Assembly: GCF_964188315.1 (NCBI RefSeq)
Contig: NC_135663.1
Span: 32,984,001-33,048,000 of the forward strand
From: Podarcis muralis
Lineage: Eukaryota
Reading direction: 5' to 3'
Length of the DNA: 64,000 nt
A program made the translations under genes and the position numbers. Positions 12,353 through 25,843 of the stretch are shown in pieces. Position 1 is the first letter of the stretch. Each line of letters begins with the position of its first letter. The notes under the pieces were generated by a model. That model saw nothing but the letters and a program-made list of their open reading frames with translations. It was not told the DNA's origin and made no database searches.

Positions 12353-13310
12353 TGATAGCCAAAGAATGTAGACTTAACCAGAAATGTAAAAGCGGCATAT
12401 ACATTCTGCACCGCAAAACTTCAAGATGCTAAATAGAGCTTCACAGAGTAAGTCAGGAATATGGAGTGGGTTAGTGAAAATTACAGCTAACTCAATAAAA
12501 TATAGCATATATCTCACATAACTAATAAATGCCCAAGCCCAGCAGTTGCGTGTTTAAAAGGTAGTTGGAACAGCATAAAAATAATTTAGTTTAGCAGAGA
12601 TCAACTCATAAGATTAAGCAGATTCCAAAGTAGCTGTTATGACAGTTGCATTCATTTTATCTGTTCATGTCAGGTAATTAAGAGGCCGCATCTGAGAATA
12701 AGAAGTCAAGTGACAAAGTGCTGGAACATACTAACACGTTAAATAAAAATAAGTTGCTTATGCCAGATGGTATTCATCCAACCGTTGCATATGATTTTCA
12801 GGGGGGAAGTTGACTTTATTTCCAACAGAAATAGTCCTGTCCCTTGTTCTAGATAAATTAAACTTGGAAAATGTTTCTGTTTGCAATACTTTATAATTGC
12901 TGTGGTTATCAAATCTCATCCATTTAGAATGGCACTACTAAAAAGTCAGGAGACGTCATAAGGATTGAGAGACATGAAATGTCTAAGAGAAGAGTAGTCC
13001 TTTTCCTATCTGGCAACATTTGTAAAGACAAAATGTGGGCAAATGGATTCTGGGTCAAAGAGATGCAAAGCACAATTCCTGCAATGGTAGGAATGATAAA
13101 GTCTGTTGAAGCAGAGAGGACAGACAGCAGAAAGGGTTAAAGGACATGAAGTGGAAAACCAAATGGGAATAGAGTGGGAAAGGAGACAGTAATGAGTATA
13201 TAAATGGCAGGGAAGTTGTCCCCTTCTCCCATATGGACAGAAAGAATCTTGAGACTTACATATAATGTTAGCCCCAGATTGTAAGTATCTAGATAATAAC
13301 GGTATATTGT

Positions 13311-13400
13311 GGAAGCTCTGTAGCTCAGTGGTGTGCACTCAGTTCCAACATCTCCAGCTAGGGTTATGAAACTCTCCTGTCTGGAGCCTTAAAAAAAGAG
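13311..13400 (+). mobile_element. tRNA-derived SINE fragment (Squam2-like)
   Basis: gtagctcagtgg A-box head and ctccagctaggg body, shared with the copies at 31574 and 49425. Confidence 0.45.
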
Positions 13401-13814
13401 CAAATGTGATATTTATTCTTTTGGAGTTATTTAATGATATTAAAGAGTCAAAAACCAAGTAATGGGATTCTAAGATTGGACTGAGACCAAAACAGAAGTT
13501 CTGTGAACTTACCGGTACCTCAGAAGCAAGTCCTATTGAATGGGACTTTCTACAGTCACTAAAAGTGATAATTAATCATGGCAAAGACTAGATGTGCTGA
13601 TCGATAGCTGGCTTAAAAAAAGGTTTTCAGGTTGCTTGTCCAGCCTTTGGGGAAAATGACCAAAGGGCGTTTTAGTAGACTCAAGTTGGCATCTGCCTAT
13701 AAAACTTGAGATGAGGAGCTGGTGCTAAGTATTTGATATAGCCTTGGCTCTGGTCTGTTCAAGTCAGGTAGAATGTAATCATATATTGAAAAGCCTTATT
13801 TCTTCTTCTCCAGC

Positions 13815-13945
13815 TGAAGAGATAGGAAAGGTTGGACTCCAGGTGTTGTTGAACTACAACTCCAATCAGCCCTAGCTAGCATGGCCATTGGTCAGGAATG
13901 ATTTCAGTTGCAGTCCAAAATAGTGGCGGGCACCAGGTTGGGTAA
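13815..13945. mobile_element. Degraded short palindromic hAT MITE
   Basis: Core gaactacaactcc...gttgcagtcc is shared with 51141-51276 and 51617-51751. Confidence 0.55.
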
Positions 13946-16144
13946 CTTTGAGTTAAGCATAGGCTGAGTCTTTCCAGATTGCCCGTCTCACAGCCGCCAC
14001 ATGTTTTGAAAGCCACTCCTGAAGGTCAGTGCCCCTCTGCAGTTAAAGAGGCTGCAGTTAAAAGTGAGGATGAAGAAAGTCTTTTATAATTTGTGATGGC
14101 AACAAGCAGAATTCACACAGGGCTTTTATTTAAAGATCCTCTGTATCTGAACCAAACCCTTGCTGACTTCAGTGGGAATATTATGCTACTCAGACGAAAC
14201 CACATAATTCAGATGTTATAACCACAGCCTGTAATTTGGCCATGGATAATGGCATGGCCAGAAAAAACTTTTGAGAAGACAAGCTTTCAAAATAACAACT
14301 CATGTAAGTGTCTGGATCATATCAGGATGCAAAAGAGACCTTTTACTATGCCAGATATACTATGTGCAGAATTTCCCACATTTAGTCCACCTGCATTTTG
14401 AGATATTAAACCTATAATTCTATGCATACCATACCTCGCAGAAGCATGAGATGTTCTTCTCAATAAACATGCATAGGACTGCCTGCAGTTCTAAAAATCA
14501 CTGCTTTTAAATAAATAAACTAATCTTTTTTCAAAAAAGCCAAACAAACAAATTGCAAAAAATTCCCCATACCAAACTAGTGTTGTTGTTCATTTTTATG
14601 GGTTGTAATAATGTGATCTTGTAAAAATCATTTATTAGACTGTTATAATGTATGAAAAGATTTTCTATCTCATACTTTATCTCTTGTTAGTAATCTTAAG
14701 GAAACAGTTACTTGCACTCTCAGAGGGTCATAGCCATGGGATGGTTGGAATAATGGGCAGTGGGAAAATAGTTATGTTGAAATATCCTGAAAATTAACTT
14801 CATTTTGGGAAGAAAATTACATATAAATAATATTTATTCCATGAATATTTTGAATTCCGCTTAAAAAGAACAAGAAAAACAGGAAGGGGAATATATCCAC
14901 TTTTCTAGTTTTAAATATATGATTGACAAAGCAGCTATTTTATGCAGCTATTGCAAGAGATGCTTTGTGTGGTAAAGATGCTGAAGAGAACTTTGCAGTA
15001 TGATGTCTCTATAAAATGCAGCAAGGACAGAGATGATTCAGTGCCATTTGCGTAGTACTTTCAACCACAATGACTATAAGCTTCTTTGCAAAACCAAGAA
15101 TATATAATGTTAGTTCATCACCAAAAGGTGGAGAAATTATATATGCGCTAATAGTTCAAGAAACCATTTAGTTGCACAAAGAAACTGAAAATTAACAACT
15201 GTATTAGGCAAACCAGAAATATCACAAAATAGCATGCCAGCTTCCACATTCTCCATAACTCGTGGTCTGACAGCTTGTCATCACCTCTGTAAATTGGCAA
15301 GAATGATTTTAGCATATTATGGATTGTTATGGTTGTTTTTCGGAATTTTAGGTATATATCTTACTGAAAAATGGCACTGCACCACAGTTTTGAGATAGTA
15401 CTAAAATGAGGCTGTCATAATGATTTCATTTACTATAATTCAAGTAGTGGAGATCTTAACTAGGATATGGAATAGTTGCTCTTAATTTGGGAGAACATGA
15501 GTTAACAGGGTACACAGCTAGAAATTTTTAAGCATTAGCATTACTGATTCTTACTGAGCATTCCCCAACCCCATAAATACCATCTTTATTTGTCCTTTCT
15601 GCTCGGAACACCTTCCATGAAGTATGAAATCCGTTGATCTCAAGGAGGTGTACAGTAGAGCTTCCTGTTGCAATGTTTTTCTTGTTTTTGGATCTGTATG
15701 ATAGGGAGGAAACCCAGCTGTTAGTAGTTAATTTATCTCTCAGCAATATTTTCTAGCTATCATATTTTTAATTTGTTTAATTTGTTATGTTTTTCCTAAT
15801 ACTCTGCCACTAATATCTTAAGGTCCCTGGTTCCAAAACATCCACCTTCATTTAAGAAGACTTCCTTTCAACTACCTTCGTCCTGCAGAAGAAGCAACCG
15901 TATGAAGAGCAGAGAATTAAACTAGCTCTTGGAGAGGCCCCTGTTTATGCATGCATAGGAATACAAGCTTGCATTGGACAAATCGGTTGAGAGAAAAAAA
16001 TACTGTGAATGGGTTATGATTTGTAATCAAAGAGATTTAGTTGTCCTAAATCTGAATCCCAACCTTCTTCCCCTGGTTTCTGTTATTCAAAACTAGATTT
16101 CATTTTTATACCAAAGATAATAGTTACACAAACTTAATTAGCAA

Positions 16145-16310
16145 GGGATGTTATCATAGTGGTAGAACATGTGCTTTGCATAGGTTAAATTCCTGGCATT
16201 CCTTTTGTTTTTGTTTTTAAGGATCAGGCAGCAATAAATGTGAAAGATCTCTGGAAGAACCTGAAAAGCTGCTGCCAGTCAAATTAGGCCAGGCTTTGTC
16301 ACGCTGGTGC
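16145..16310 (+). mobile_element. tRNA-derived SINE fragment (Squam2-like)
   Basis: agtggtagaacatgtgctttgcataggttaaattcctggcat head and gctgctgccagtca body. Confidence 0.5.
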
Positions 16311-17545
16311 CCACAGATGGTTTGGACTAAAACTTCCCTCAGCTCAGCCAGTTGGGCTTCTTGTAGCTGATGGGAGTTGTAGACAAAAACTGCTGCAGGG
16401 CACCAGTTTGGCAAAGACTGCATTAACCAATGCTCAGCCAAATCGGCAAATAGTCTAACCATGTAAAAGTCAGTTTCCTATGTAATCACCATATAAAATA
16501 CTTGTGTTAGTTTTGGTTAATAATGTTCTGCAGTAAATCATATAGTGCTATGCCACTGCTCATCTGCAGGAAGGTAGTGGTGGGGAACACACAATAATAT
16601 TTGAGGCATAGTGATTGAGAGCAGCCTTCTCAAAATATGAAGCAGAAGATTTCTCTGTGGGGTTAAAAGCACAAATGAAAATAACATTCACTTTGCCATA
16701 AGTGTGTATTTAATTTATGTACCCGTAGAGAAAAATGGGAAAGGATGTATGTAGTGTCAAAACTAAAAAGGAGAAAATGAAGCTTATCTATCTAAATGAC
16801 TGCCGACGCTATTTTAGTAAGAACGAAAATAGTTAAGTGCTACATTATATAATGAAGAACATGAATAAGTCAGGACTAAAGTCTTCAATATAACAAAGTT
16901 GTTAGGTTTAACATGCATTACATTTGTCATTCATCTACCATGCATTTTCTACTCTGTGGCTTGCTTCTGATCCACATTAAAGCCTCACTCTCATGACTGA
17001 CATGTGGGCTGTTGTGATGAGCATGTTATGCAGGCGATTGTGCCTGAGTTAAATGTATTTTAGATCTGGGGTATGTTCAGGGGCATTGTCACAACCAAAG
17101 ATACATTTTGTGCCCTATCCACCCACCTGGCTTGTATCATGAGCAACTGCTTCCCATAATTGGAATTAAATATTCACACACATTGCAGTTTCTTGGCAAA
17201 CATATTTGCATACTTGAACTGGCGTTTTGATTTATTTTAAAGTAGAAAATTCTCAAAGCAACTTGGTTTCTGTGAGGGGAAAATGGAAGGAACTGCATAG
17301 GTTTAGCATGAAGAAGAGAAGACCAGGAGAGGTGAGGGGTGGGGAGAGGGAAAGGCAAAGTTGACTACGCAGCAGCAGCTTGCTGGAGTGACGTGGTGGA
17401 GAAGTCTGTACTGTGTGGGCCGATCCAGCACTCTCAATAAACCCACCACTGCACCCATTTCTCTCTCCCTCCTGCTAAGCTGTAGCAACCCTGCTGTGGG
17501 AAGGTCAGGTGTATGGCCATGCCTCTCTCTGCTGACTGCAACAGA

Positions 17546-17760
17546 TTTTTGTTTAGTTGTTTAGTCATGTCTGACTCTTCGTGACCCCATGGACCAGAGT
17601 ACACCAGGCACTCCTGTCTTCCACTGCCTCCCGCAGTTTGGTCAGACTCATGTTGGTAGCTTTGAGAACACTGTCCAACCATCTCGTCCTCTGTCGTCCC
17701 CTTCTCCTTGTGCCCTCAATCTTTCCCAACATCAGGGTCTCTTCCAGGGAGTCTTCTCTT
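17546..17760 (-). mobile_element. RTE-BovB LINE 3' fragment (~215 bp)
   Basis: Reverse complement ends ...ccatggggtcacgaagagtcagacatgactaaacaactaaacaa, the BovB 3' terminus; closely similar to 25334-25560. Confidence 0.9.
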
Positions 17761-18189
17761 CTACTGGATTCCCTCCATTTCTGTGATTCTACAGCAAAAC
17801 ATTTTTAATCAATCTATCTGGAATACATTAGGAACTAAAGCAGAATCTAATTAAAAGGCAAGAGGGACTGTTTGAGTGTGTTTTTGGGAGGGGGGTTATT
17901 GGTTTGTTTTTGTTTTTGTTGCATTGTGTATTTTTGTATTCTCATTTTATGTTTTTCTATTGTGAACCGCCCTGATGATCTTTTGATTAATGGCGTTATA
18001 CAAATTTAATTAATAACTACTATTACTACTACTATTCAGCACCTCAACATGTCCCCAGAAGTGGTCCAGAAGCCAGTTCAGCTGTTGTAATAGGGGACTC
18101 CCAAGCGTTGAATGAGTTAGCACTCCAGCTGCCATGTTCTAAACCAACTGACAACTTCACATAGCATACACCCTAGGCCAACCCCAACC

Positions 18190-18490
18190 TCTCTCACCAC
18201 CAAAGGAACATAAGAGAACAACACAAGCAACGCTGACACCAAACTCTACATACATTAAGCATAATAGAAACATCGCCACCCGACCCCACCCCCACCCATC
18301 TTCTCTCCCTCCACCCCCCCTTTCCCCCCTTTTTTCTTCTTCTCCCCCTAATGTCTCGACAAATGAAACAGATTTGTAAAAATGTTACATGGAAAAAATA
18401 CGAGGCATTACACTTACTTCTGTAAAACAAGAAAATCCTTAATAAATAAAAAAAATTTTAAAACCAACAAAAACAAAAAAACAAAAAATA
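18190..18490 (+). mobile_element. Probable L1/Tx1-like LINE 3' end
   Basis: C-rich tract, then AATAAA and an A-rich tail (aataaataaaaaaaattttaaaaccaacaaaaacaaaaaaacaaaaa). No TSD or coding remnant identified. Confidence 0.4.
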
Positions 18491-20097
18491 TACATTGCAT
18501 TTGATGTGGTTAATTCCTGGCTCTGATCTGGCACTCCAAGCACTTTTTTTCACCCACCCACCCAGAACATACCAATTTGGGCAGAAACTGACACAAAAAG
18601 TCAAAGTAGACACAGCACTTGGGGATTCTAATGGAGATGCAAATTGTCCCCACCTCAGTCATTAGATTGACCATATGATGAGCAGGGTGGAGACAGTTGT
18701 CCCATCTACAGATTATCTGCATGGATCAGAAAAAGAGAGGAGAGGCTATATGCCTACTCTGTGTGTGTCCCCCAAGCTATAGTTAGCAAGTGTCCCATGC
18801 AAAGCTGGCCAAAGGTGAAAGTTGCCCTCAGGCAAAATTTTAAAATACCAAGCACCTTGTGTTGCATTAATTATGTGATTAGCAATTGCATTATTATTGT
18901 TAAACAACAAATACCAGGTAAGGGAGGGAGGGATGGGCCTCTTCCTGCATTCCTTTGAGTGGAAGGGTGGGATATAAATTTAATAAATATTTTACCACAG
19001 TTTTAGCCTGTCAAGTTTCCCAAGCGAACACAGAGACTTAGCTAGCTACAGCCTGCACATGGCAGGTGCTGCAGAGATATTTGGCCCATCATTTCTTAAT
19101 TTAGTACGGAATTTAATGTATTTAGCAGAATTTAGCTTGGACAGAATGTACATTAAATGGCTTAAATATGCCAGGTGCCTATGTTTTCCTTTTCTTCTTG
19201 GTACTCAGTAGCCTCTTTTCCTCATTTGTGATTTTACAAGAAGCAAAATGAATTGGTTTCTTTTATGTAAACTGCCTTTAAATAATAAATTATAAAAAGA
19301 ATTGAGTTGTTTATATTTGTAGTAGCCTGTCCTTTAACAAAGATTCAGAGCTGCCTGGCCCCTTTTGCCATCTGAAACCCAGGAGGCAGTAAACATTTTG
19401 TTAGGCCTACCTGTGTGGGGCACAGAAATCTACAGCGTTAAGTTTGCCCAATTCCAAATCAAAGTCATTGTGTCAGTACCTTTTTGTAGTTAAATAAAAC
19501 AAGAGCTCAGAAATATAGCTTGCGGTAACAAAGCACACTAATTGTTGTTATGATGGCCTAGTGTCAGCGATGAAGAGGATAACAAGTGGCCTATTTCAGG
19601 CATAATATGACTCATCAGTGACTTAGACATTGCAGTGAAGAGTATGCTAATCACATATTTAAACAATACAAGCTTGGAAAGGATTGCAAATCTTTTGCGG
19701 AATGCAATTAAGTACTCTATAATCTTGATAAATTAGAAGGACGGGCTGAAATTTGATAGGATAGCACTTCAAAACACGATATAATTGCTTTGCTTTTGAA
19801 CACAAAATCAAAGACCAAAGCGGATAAAGAAGTGACACAAAAAAAGAAGAAGAAAATAGGGACGAGTAACTCAAATGTGCAGAAGTCTAAGGAAACACTG
19901 GCTGGATTATGATAATGCTGTTATCTGAAGATCTGTGCCGTAATAAATAACAGCCAGCATGGATGGAAAGCATCATTGTGGATATGTCAACTTATATTGT
20001 ACCTTTAAGAAAAGGGTGCATGCAGGTCCCACCTGCAGCATCCCTGCCAGAGACCTTCCTGTGTTGAGTATGGGAGCCTTCAAACTTCTTCATGGTA

Positions 20098-20341
20098 CAG
20101 TGGTACCTCTGGTTAAGAACTTAATTTGTTCCGGAGGTCCGTTCTTAACCTGAAACTGTTCTTAACCTGAGGTACCACTTTAGCTAATGGGGCCTCCTGC
20201 TGCCGCCGCACGCCGCAACCGCACGATTTCTGTTCTCATCCTGAAGCAAAGTTCTTAACCCAAGGTATTATTTCTGGGTTAGCGGAGTCTGTAACCTGAA
20301 GCATCTGTAACCTGAAGCGCCTGTAACCCGAGGTACCACTG
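20098..20341. mobile_element. Tc1/mariner (Tigger-like) MITE
   Basis: TIRs cagtggtacctc / gaggtaccactg with TA TSD; same family as 1437-1678. Confidence 0.9.
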
Positions 20342-21479
20342 TATGGGAAGGTCAGGCAGGAACATTGCAAGAAGGGCTGGCACATATGTCCTTCAGGCAC
20401 CATGCCTGAACAGGGTTGATGTTTTCTGCAGATTAAAAGAAGAAAAAGGAACTTGCAGCATGAATAAAACTTGAGTGCCAGACAGAAGGATTTGCTAAAA
20501 CATTCTCCTTGCCATGTTAACTTTCCATACGCAGGGATTTTTAAAATGCATTGAAATCACTGACACCATCAGTACCAGTTGCATTTTAAATTGGTTACTG
20601 TTCTTGGAGGAGTGCACAACATGTTTTCCCCAAATATGTAGATCTACTCTCTGCTTTTTCATTTCATTCCCCCCCCAAGTGTTAATGTTTATTTCAGAAA
20701 TTGTATTTTAAGTTGATAATTGAATAGGGTGAGAATTGATTTGTTAAGACTTTTATCACATTAGGTTTGAAATTGGGCTTTTATAGCACTGTAGTCCGTG
20801 TATCCCTGCAAAGCTGCACCTGAAAGTCTATTGATGCTGGGGGAGGATTTTTATGTGGCCAGATGTGTGTGTGCTTGTGGGGAGGGTGAGAGATCAGAGA
20901 AATGTTGGAGGGTATGTTTCGATCTTCTCTGGCACGACTGCAATGGTATGTTGGATCCATGCCAATATCCAGCAAAATATAGGAAAAAATGAGAGACTCG
21001 TCTTTTGATGTGCATATATTATTCAGCTAACCCTTTGGGATATATTTTCACTGCTACTGAGTGGCAAACTTAGTGCTGCAAGGAAAACATCACATTTCCA
21101 TTGTAAAATGCAGTGGGGTTTACTTTAAGAATATAGGTAACAGTAGCAGGACTATGGCTGGACAGGAGATGGCTATGAATGTTAGCTTTTCCTGAACTTT
21201 TCTACTGCATCTGGAGAACAGTTTGGTGGAGTAACCAGATGGTTTGGTGAGCTAGCCCTACACACGAAGAGGAAGAACTTCCATTGCTGTAGATGATTTC
21301 CAGGATACAAGTCTATTTGGAGAACACCCACTGACAACCCAGGTCCAGAGGATCAACTCTGAAGGGAATGGTACCCCTTTGGGTTGCTTCTTTTGAATGT
21401 GACAAGGGCAAGGACACTTTACATGAGTTATTTGTTATAGGTGGTCTCACTCCTATGTGACAGAGTGGAGCAGTTGGCG

Positions 21480-21623
21480 GGGCAGGGATGTGAGTTAACC
21501 TTTCCTCTTTCAACTGCCTTCTCATCCAAAGGTCCAACCACATCCTTAGCCAATTTCCTGCTTTAATGTATTTAGATTCCTTCCTTCCTTCCTTCCTTCC
21601 TTCCTTCCTTCCTTCCTTCCTTC

Positions 21624-21658
<35 letters not shown>

Positions 21659-21870
21659 TCCCCTCATTGACTGCTTACATTTTTTTTGCCAAAATTTGTA
21701 TACATTTTCTCATTTGGACATGACTTCCATTTTCTGAAGGAAGCCTTCTTTCCTCTATTAGCTCCCTTGAGTCAGCTAGTTAACCACATCAGCATACTGT
21801 TGGCCCTGGTTGGACCCTTCCGGATCACCACCTTAGATTGACTAGATAGAATAGCTAGAGGGCCTTTTTT
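21480..21870 (-). mobile_element. Degraded CR1 ORF2 internal fragment (EN-RT linker region)
   Basis: Minus-strand peptides ...MWLTS*LKGANRGKKASFRKWKSCPNE..., FWQKKCKQ and SRKLAKDVVGPLDEK resemble squamate CR1 ORF2; interrupted by a microsatellite. Confidence 0.6.
21577..21660. repeat. Compound (TTCC)n(TTTC)n microsatellite
   Basis: Direct reading. Confidence 0.98.
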
Positions 21871-23593
21871 TCAGCTGCCCATGCCAATGGAGACTAAAGA
21901 AATACTGGTTTCGTTGGTATCTCAACATTCTTCTGCATCCTTGTGGCAAATATTTGTGTGCTTTGACTGAAATAATCTATATTTAATAAATTGCATAAAA
22001 GAAATAAAGCAGAGATGGACATGTTTATTGTACAAACTGTATATGTATCCCTATATACATAAAAATGTAAGGCGGTCACCACGTAGCCCCAATTGGAGGA
22101 TTTATAAAGAAGAATACGGTAGGATGGTGGCTTCATAACTGGCAGAAGTTGAAGAGGGTGCTTAGTAGCTGCAATGTGTCATGGGTCACAAGCAGGAACT
22201 CTGAACACAATTTAGTACATGTTTTTGAGTATTTGTGTCCAATTTTAAGGGCCAGGTCCTGTAAAACCTGTCTTTTATTTATATGCATGGCTTTTTAAAG
22301 TTTTTATTTGTTTGTTTTCATGTTCATACTGTGTTGTAAGTCACTTTGAGTCAATTTTGTGAGCCAAGTCAATAATATTATTAGTAGCAACAGCTTTATA
22401 AGTAATGAGGGCTTGTCTCTCCCCCCCCCCCAAAAAAAAGTGATGGACTGATAATTCCAAGGGGCAGAACTGTAGTAGTATGCCCTTTGGCATCTTCAAT
22501 GAGAGAAGGTAGACTGAAGTGAAGAATCTCAAGGGCCCAGAAGGAAAAGTGTCATGCAGGCATGTTGGCTTGAAATCCGGACAGCAGGGCTGGTCTGTCC
22601 ATCAGTCAATGTGAAGCAGCTGTCTTGGGTGGCAGAAATTTCATGAGAACTCGCAAAAGACCTCATGAAATTTTGTCAGAATACATCATCGTCATCACTG
22701 TTTCACAGGCATTGCAATCCAGGTAAGGGAGGCTGCAGAAGTGGTGCAGCAGCACGTTCTTGTTTTACCTCAGGCAGAAAAATGAGATGCCTCACCCCTG
22801 CTGTACAGACTGCTGAGATGGTAGGACATGGGATTGTAGGATCTGGGAACATGAGGAGGATGTGGTGAAGGTTGGTTGCATATCACCTGTGTTGTTTATA
22901 TTGGGGGAATAGAGTGGAAGATCTGCATTTAGGAAAAGGGTAGGGATGATGCTACATGAAGATGTAGAAAAGCTATGCTAATACATTTTGATTTCAATCC
23001 TATACCCACCTATCTGAGAGTAAGCCCCATCAAACTTAGTGGGACTTAAGTCTGAAGAGATATTCATAAGATTGCACTCCAAGTTAATTGCACTCACATT
23101 TATCTCACTTCTAGAAAGTTTCTTTAAGCTTTTCTTTTAGCAGGTATTTTGAGCAGTTATATGCAAGCTTGGCAATTAGTTAAACGTTGCCGCTAGTTAG
23201 AGAGATCTTGAATATGTGCTAATATGTGCTTAAAGAAGTCACCACAACAGCGGCACTGAATAATCAGTTAAAGCCTCTGAAAGCATGGGATAGCTGTCAC
23301 AAGATAATCAACACCAGAGGCTACATTTCAAATACAAAGGTACAGTAATATATCAGTGTGCAGTAATTATTTGCGATATACTGTTGAGTTTGTGGTGTAC
23401 TTTATGGAATGTGTAGCATGGTCAGGATAATTGTTTATGTATTTCTTTACACAACTTTTCCCATCCTCCAGGTGTTGAAAATTTAGGAATAGGTTGAAGT
23501 ACATTACTTCACACTACTGACCACAAAAAACCTAACATTTTATGCTGCATCTGGAATATCAGGATCAGATTTGTCTCATTCATATATATATAT

Positions 23594-23631
<38 letters not shown>

Positions 23632-23646
23632 GCACACACATACATA

Positions 23647-23870
23647 CAGTGGTACCTCTACTTATTAATGCGACCCATTTTGGGGTGCCATTCGCACCCC
23701 AAAAAGTCCATAAGTAGAGTGTTGCTACTGCGCATGCGCAAAGCGCAATAGAGCACTTCTGTGCATGTGCGAAGTGCGCAGATTGTTTCTGGCGTGCTCA
23801 CAGGGCGAAACCCAGAAGTATACACTTCCGGGTTTGCTGCGTTCGCAACCTGAAAATCCACAACATGAAG
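23647..23870. mobile_element. Tc1/mariner (Tigger-like) MITE, truncated by an assembly gap
   Basis: TA|cagtggtacctc start, adjoining a (TA)n(CA)n microsatellite at ~23581-23646; runs into Ns at 23871. Confidence 0.75.
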
Positions 23871-24001
23871 NNNNNNNNNNNNNNNNNNNNNNNNNNNNNN
23901 NNNNNNNNNNNNNNNNNNNNNNNNNNNNNNNNNNNNNNNNNNNNNNNNNNNNNNNNNNNNNNNNNNNNNNNNNNNNNNNNNNNNNNNNNNNNNNNNNNNN
24001 N
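23871..24001. other. Assembly gap (131 N)
   Basis: Run of N. Confidence 1.
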
Positions 24002-25333
24002 TTGCTTAATTGTCAAGAGCTCTCCTAAGGGAAATCAGTGGTATTAAGTGTTTGAAATGAATGCATATGAACAGCATAGACCAATGAATATTAACTCAGT
24101 AGCAAGTTTGGTGATGCTTAGTTGCAGGTAAGTGTAGATTAGATTTTAGCCCCATAATGTACCAGTAGTTCTTACAAAAAGGCTAACATGAAGAGGACTT
24201 TTTGTCTTGTTATCAGAATTCTACTAGATTGCCTGAATAACCTAGACTACCAGACTCATCTAGACTGCTAGGACGTATTCTGTGCTGGAATTGACGAAAC
24301 AGTCTGTCTGTCTGTCTGCAGAATTTGGTTCATAACCCTTTTTAGCAAATTCACTTGATTGCTGGTCCAGTATCCACAAATATGCTCTGACAGAAAAAGT
24401 GACCTATTTGCATTTAGATGAGCCATCTGCCCCATTTTGATGGTGGAGGTAACAGCATCAGCATCAAAGTCATTTTGATGGATAAAAAGCTCTGAATGGT
24501 TAGTGCTATGTCCATCAGTGCCTTTTGCATCCCTGCTTATGTTTGTATCAGTGTCACCAAAATGGATTTGAGTTGATTTGGGCAGCAATATTACACATGC
24601 ACTTACATGCAGCAAGATGAAGGACAGGGTTTTATTCCTGCTGCGGGCAAGATAGCTTTTGGATGTGCTTTCCCCCCCCCCCCCCTATTTTTTGACCTCT
24701 TGAGTATGGACAAAACCACTGGTACACTGAATAGAGATGAAATGATCTGTTGTATTTATATATTTATATAGATGAAAGCAAGGATGTTTGTTGCAAAGGG
24801 GGAGAAAACAGCAATTACTGCAATCATTGTTTTATTGCACAACCCTGAGAGCTGATGCTCACAGCTCTCATTTGATTTTTACACAGCTTATAAATCATTG
24901 TACATGTCAGCGTGAGCATTGCCAGCTTTCTTTAGAGTTTCATATGTGACTCTTGGACTTTATTCTCAGCTACTCTGGAAACCACGTGACAAACTAGATG
25001 TTTGCTAGACATGTAGCATGCCGCTGCTAAGCACCCAGTTTTTTTTCTTACTTAATTACAGACATGGTGGGTCAACCCTTATGGGGAAAGCAGCTCCTAG
25101 GGAGGTATGGCTTATATCTCACCACCTCAGCATGATTAGAGTGAACCTCCACCCCCTACATGTAACTAGGAGTCTTAAGAATAATGCTCCCCTTTATGTC
25201 AGTGGGGTCCTTTTCTTTTAAGATTCCTAACTGTTTAGGTGGGTAAAGAGTTTAACTCCAATAACACGGAGGAAGGATGCAATATCCTCCCTTCTCATAT
25301 GCAGCCTTTTCAGTAAGTATCTCAGTCCCCACT

Positions 25334-25843
25334 TCGTTGTTGTTGTTTAGTCGTTTAGTCGTGTCCGACTCTTCGTGACCCCATGGACCAGAGCACACCA
25401 GGCACTCCTGTCTTCCACTGCCTCCCGCAGTTTGGTCAAACTCATGTTGGTAGCTTCAAGAACACCGTCCAACCATCTCGTCCTCTCTCATCCCCTTCTC
25501 CTTGTGCTCTCAATCTTTCCCAACATCAGGGTCTTTTCCAGGGAGTCTTCTCTTCTCATGAGGTACTGGAGCTTCAGCTTCAGGATCTGTCCTTCTAGTG
25601 AGCACTCAGGGCTGATTTCCTTCAGAGTGGATAGGTTTGATCTTCTTGCAGTCCATGGGACTCTCAAGAGTCTCCTCCAGCACCATAATTCAAAAGCATC
25701 AATTCTTCGCCGATCAGCCTTCTTTATTGTTCAGCTCTCACTTCCATACATCACTACTGGGAAAACCATAGCTTTAACTATACGGACCTTTGTCAGCAAG
25801 GTGATGTCTCTGCTTTTTAAGATGCTGTCTAGGTTTGTCATTG
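25334..25843 (-). mobile_element. 5'-truncated RTE-BovB LINE (ORF2 C-terminus plus tail)
   Basis: Minus strand reads AMTNLDSILKSRDITLLTKVRIVKAMVFPVVMYGSES*TIKKADRRRIDAFELWCWRRLLRVPWTARRSN... and ends in (CAA)n. A 13-bp TSD is present: ctcagtccccact (25321-25333) / ctcagtccccgct (25844-25856). Confidence 0.95.
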
